Origin: a virus
IMG/VR virus record: IMGVR_UViG_3300045988_144119
Coordinates: 1 to 64,000 of that record
Reading direction: 5' to 3' (one strand)
Length of the DNA stretch: 64,000 bases
The translations under genes were made by a program, and so were the position numbers. Below, one piece after another: positions 61,267-64,000 of the stretch (positions are counted from its first letter, which is position 1; every line of letters starts with the position of its first letter). Under the pieces are notes generated by a model. That model was given only the letters and a program-made list of their open reading frames with translations, did not search any database and was not told the origin of the DNA.

Positions 61267-62640
61267 TTAAAATGGGTTGTTATCATCTTCAGTGCTATTA
61301 CTTGATATGGGAATAATGTTCAAGTCGTAAAAGTGAGTAGATGCAGCATTGAAGCCACAAATAAACTTCAATAGTCCTATATTTCTGCCTTTAGCTATAT
61401 CAATCATGGCAGTTCCTTTTGTGTCCACGTCTGAAAACTCATCAGGATACCGCTTCCCTTTTACCTCAGGACGATAAATCAGCATAACTATATCTGCTGC
61501 TTCCGCTATCTGTCCACTATCCCTTAACCTTGCCAATGTAGGTACAGGGTTAAGATTATCCCTATTCATCTGCGACAATGCAATAATCCATATATCCAAA
61601 TCCTTTGCCAGATTCTTCAGCCTTCTTGCAACCTCTCCCATCTGCTGTTCTTTGTTACTTCCCTTCATGTTAACATTCAAAATCTGCAAATAATCTACCA
61701 CAGCCCCGTCTATCCCATTTTTAAATTTCATCTGACGGATTGAAGATATTATCGTGTCGATATTGGACGTGCTCCTATCATCGAAATAGATTTGCATTTT
61801 TGATACAGTATCCACAGCCCGGTCTACATTTTCCAACTGCATTCCGGAAAGCGGTGAGTAAAGTATGACATTTGAAGGAATACCACTTATCATTGAAATA
61901 ATTCTAGACGTAATTTGTTCCTTCTTCATCTCCATTGAATACATGGCTATCTTAGCACCTGCTATTGCAGCGTTTTTCATCATGCTTACAGCCATTGACG
62001 TTTTGCCAGCACTAGTTTCACCTGCAATAATTATCAAGTCTGATTTTTGAAGTCCACCTGTTTCCCCATCTATCTTGTCAAATCCGGTCGGTGTACCTGT
62101 TAAGTCTGTTTTCCCTGACATGTTGCGGTTTATCGTTTCATATACGGATTCTATGCATTCCTTGACCGTGCTGATAGAATTACAATTGGATGAGAACAGA
62201 TTAGCAAGCTGATCTGACACTTTTTGCACGACGTCGGCAATATCTTCCTTCTCATTAAAAGCGTTACTGTCGAGATAACTCCCAATATCAAAGAACCGTC
62301 TCCGTATCATCAGATCATGAAGTCTGCACGCATATTGATACAGATCGAATGTGTACATTCCTGAAATCTTTGTCAGCTCATATAAACTAAAGTCTGGATA
62401 TGAGAACTCCAGTTTTGATTTCACACTGATGGCATCAGCTCTTCCACCGGAATCCGTTATTTCCAATACAGTCCTGTATATCTGCTTGTGAAAATCGTTA
62501 TAGAAACAATTTTCAGTAAGGATATCCCTCACTTCGTAAATGGTATCTCTCTCGCTTAGAATGGTCCCAAGAACACGTTTCTCACACTCTTCATCTCTTG
62601 GCAATATACGCATTCCACTCGGCATTATTTCATCTTTCAT
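61267..62640 (-). CDS. dnaB: Replicative DNA helicase (DnaB family)
   Basis: DnaB N-domain (EECEKRVLGTILSE), Walker A IIIAGETSAGKTS, and IIALSQMNRD and RDSGQIAEAADIVMLIYRPE motifs. Confidence 0.9.
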   Translation of the reverse strand: MKDEIMPSGMRILPRDEECEKRVLGTILSERDTIYEVRDILTENCFYNDFHKQIYRTVLEITDSGGRADAISVKSKLEFSYPDFSLYELTKISGMYTFDLYQYACRLHDLMIRRRFFDIGSYLDSNAFNEKEDIADVVQKVSDQLANLFSSNCNSISTVKECIESVYETINRNMSGKTDLTGTPTGFDKIDGETGGLQKSDLIIIAGETSAGKTSMAVSMMKNAAIAGAKIAMYSMEMKKEQITSRIISMISGIPSNVILYSPLSGMQLENVDRAVDTVSKMQIYFDDRSTSNIDTIISSIRQMKFKNGIDGAVVDYLQILNVNMKGSNKEQQMGEVARRLKNLAKDLDIWIIALSQMNRDNLNPVPTLARLRDSGQIAEAADIVMLIYRPEVKGKRYPDEFSDVDTKGTAMIDIAKGRNIGLLKFICGFNAASTHFYDLNIIPISSNSTEDDNNPF

Positions 62641-63697
62641 CTTTCATAAACTTGAGTTGTTTTAAAATAGCATAATACAAAACATCCCATTTTGAACGGA
62701 TGTCTGCTCTGCCCTCTATTGTGCGCAATGCGCTTTTAAACATATCGTTCCCATATTTGTCCCGTAAAAGCAAAAATTCTTCTTCCGTAGGCAATCGCAT
62801 ATTGGAAAAACAATACGGTGCTTGTTTCTTGATATATGACAGGAATTTATAATAGGCATTGTTATCTTTAGAAGATTCCAACAACGCATCATTCGTATCT
62901 TGGAACAAATTTGTAGCCCCCTTTTTTATCTCGGTCAATATCCAGTTCCTAAAATACTCCATAAAACCTTTCCTGTCTTTCGAGATAGTCCCTCCGGCTT
63001 TTAGGCTTATCACGAACTTGTCAAGCCATAGAAGAAACATATCATGGTCGAAAACCTTTATCCCGTTACGGTACAAATGAAGCCTTATTGCTTCCTCCCA
63101 TCCGCTGTCTGATGACAGCTCATGTTGCAATTCACTGAGATCTATATCACAACTTCCAAAATCAGAACCCATTTTTTCTTTTGCTCTATTTATAGAGTTT
63201 TCTTTATTTATTTCTTCTTTCTTATTATTTGGGTTAGAGGTGGGTTGCAAAATTCCATCATTCTTATGCAGGTGGGTTACTAGGTGGGTTATCAACTCTT
63301 GTAACTCTCTATCATTTAATTTGTTAGGTGGGTTACTAGGTGGGTTATCTACAACTTCACCATTATATTTCTCAAAATTGATGAGAGTAATCACATTAAC
63401 TCCTTGGCTATTATCAGTAGTGATCATTTTCTCTCTTTTCAACTTTCCAAGTAAAGATTTAACCCATTGTTCAGATCTTCCCCATTTTTTAGCAAGAAAT
63501 CTATTGGATGCAGGATATTGCCCTCTTCCCCATGTTACTTCATAACACCCGATGCGCGACGTAGTCGATGATGCCTCAAATCGTGCTGACTGTATCAAGT
63601 CAATCCACGCTTCGCACTCATTAAATGCCCGGGCGGCCTGCCATATCTTGTTATCAAATAACTTGCGGCTTAGTTTTATAAATCCTTTATCGCTCAT
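62630..63697 (-). CDS. Replication initiation/replisome organiser-like protein
   Basis: The N-terminus MSDKGFIKLSRKLFDNKIWQ...EAWIDLI is typical of phage replication initiators with a winged-helix domain. It overlaps the dnaB start. Confidence 0.55.
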   Translation of the reverse strand: MSDKGFIKLSRKLFDNKIWQAARAFNECEAWIDLIQSARFEASSTTSRIGCYEVTWGRGQYPASNRFLAKKWGRSEQWVKSLLGKLKREKMITTDNSQGVNVITLINFEKYNGEVVDNPPSNPPNKLNDRELQELITHLVTHLHKNDGILQPTSNPNNKKEEINKENSINRAKEKMGSDFGSCDIDLSELQHELSSDSGWEEAIRLHLYRNGIKVFDHDMFLLWLDKFVISLKAGGTISKDRKGFMEYFRNWILTEIKKGATNLFQDTNDALLESSKDNNAYYKFLSYIKKQAPYCFSNMRLPTEEEFLLLRDKYGNDMFKSALRTIEGRADIRSKWDVLYYAILKQLKFMKDER

Positions 63698-63700
63698 TTC

Positions 63701-64000
63701 TTAGAATGGATTATCTTCTTTAAAAAAAAAAGATTTTACATCGCTTACAGACAGATTATAATTGGGAATATGTGCTTCCTCAATTACCCAATTCTTTTGT
63801 TGGTACTTAAAATGAATACCATTTAATTCATATTTGTATAAATAGATTTTAAAATGGGGGCTATTGTTATAGAGAAATACAAAATCAGATCTACATTCTA
63901 TTTCCTTTCCTATCAAGAAAAATTGTAAGGATATAGGACGGTTATGTATGTTACATCTTTCCTCTATATATTTAGATATTCCTGTGCCATATCTTGCTGC
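63701..64000 (-). CDS. Hypothetical protein, 5' end outside the window
   Basis: The frame of the 63701-63916 ORF (TTG start in the track) stays open up to position 64000 (AARYGTGISKYIEERCNIHNRPISLQFFLIGKEIE...). Confidence 0.45.
   Translation of the reverse strand, partial: AARYGTGISKYIEERCNIHNRPISLQFFLIGKEIECRSDFVFLYNNSPHFKIYLYKYELNGIHFKYQQKNWVIEEAHIPNYNLSVSDVKSFFFKEDNPF

Noticed and set aside
1-64000. Defining prophage ends and host flanks.
   Set aside because: No recognisable host housekeeping gene and no long direct repeat pair was seen. The right edge cuts an open phage gene, so the element extends beyond the window and its ends cannot be called.

Overview
The window looks like most of a temperate, siphovirus-like Bacteroidales phage or prophage. 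It is AT-rich, carries a Bacteroides-type integrase, and has TAnnTTTG -7 promoter boxes. I recognised no clear host genes. Layout: (1) 226-7132, a lysogeny/accessory arm with a tyrosine integrase, an XRE regulator, a serine recombinase and a zinc-ribbon/AP2-like protein. (2) 7133-8241, a 1.1-kb non-coding control region. (3) 8242-16497, rightward early genes including a RepA-like ATPase, a Panacea (DUF4065) antitoxin paired with an unknown partner, and a lipoprotein. (4) 16549-27379, a leftward head-tail operon running scaffold, capsid, connectors, tail tube, G/GT chaperones and a 1693-aa tape measure. (5) 27529-49600, a rightward operon with TerL, a solo TnpB insertion, portal, a 1967-aa fibre with an S74 chaperone domain, further fibre genes, a lysis cassette and an orphan Gly/Asn-rich module. 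(6) 49763-64000, dinD followed by a leftward replication/modification arm with DnaB, an initiator, methyltransferases, a second tyrosine recombinase, a MazG-like protein and a DUF1566 protein. The most unusual locus is a low-GC island at 56.8-58.4 kb. It holds both halves of a tmRNA tRNA-like domain in permuted order, an anticodon-less tRNA-like element with an encoded CCA, a dense AT-rich repeat array and a U32-like gene. The island appears to have replaced the 5' half of a dcm gene. All functional calls come from motif recognition by eye; no database or HMM search was run.
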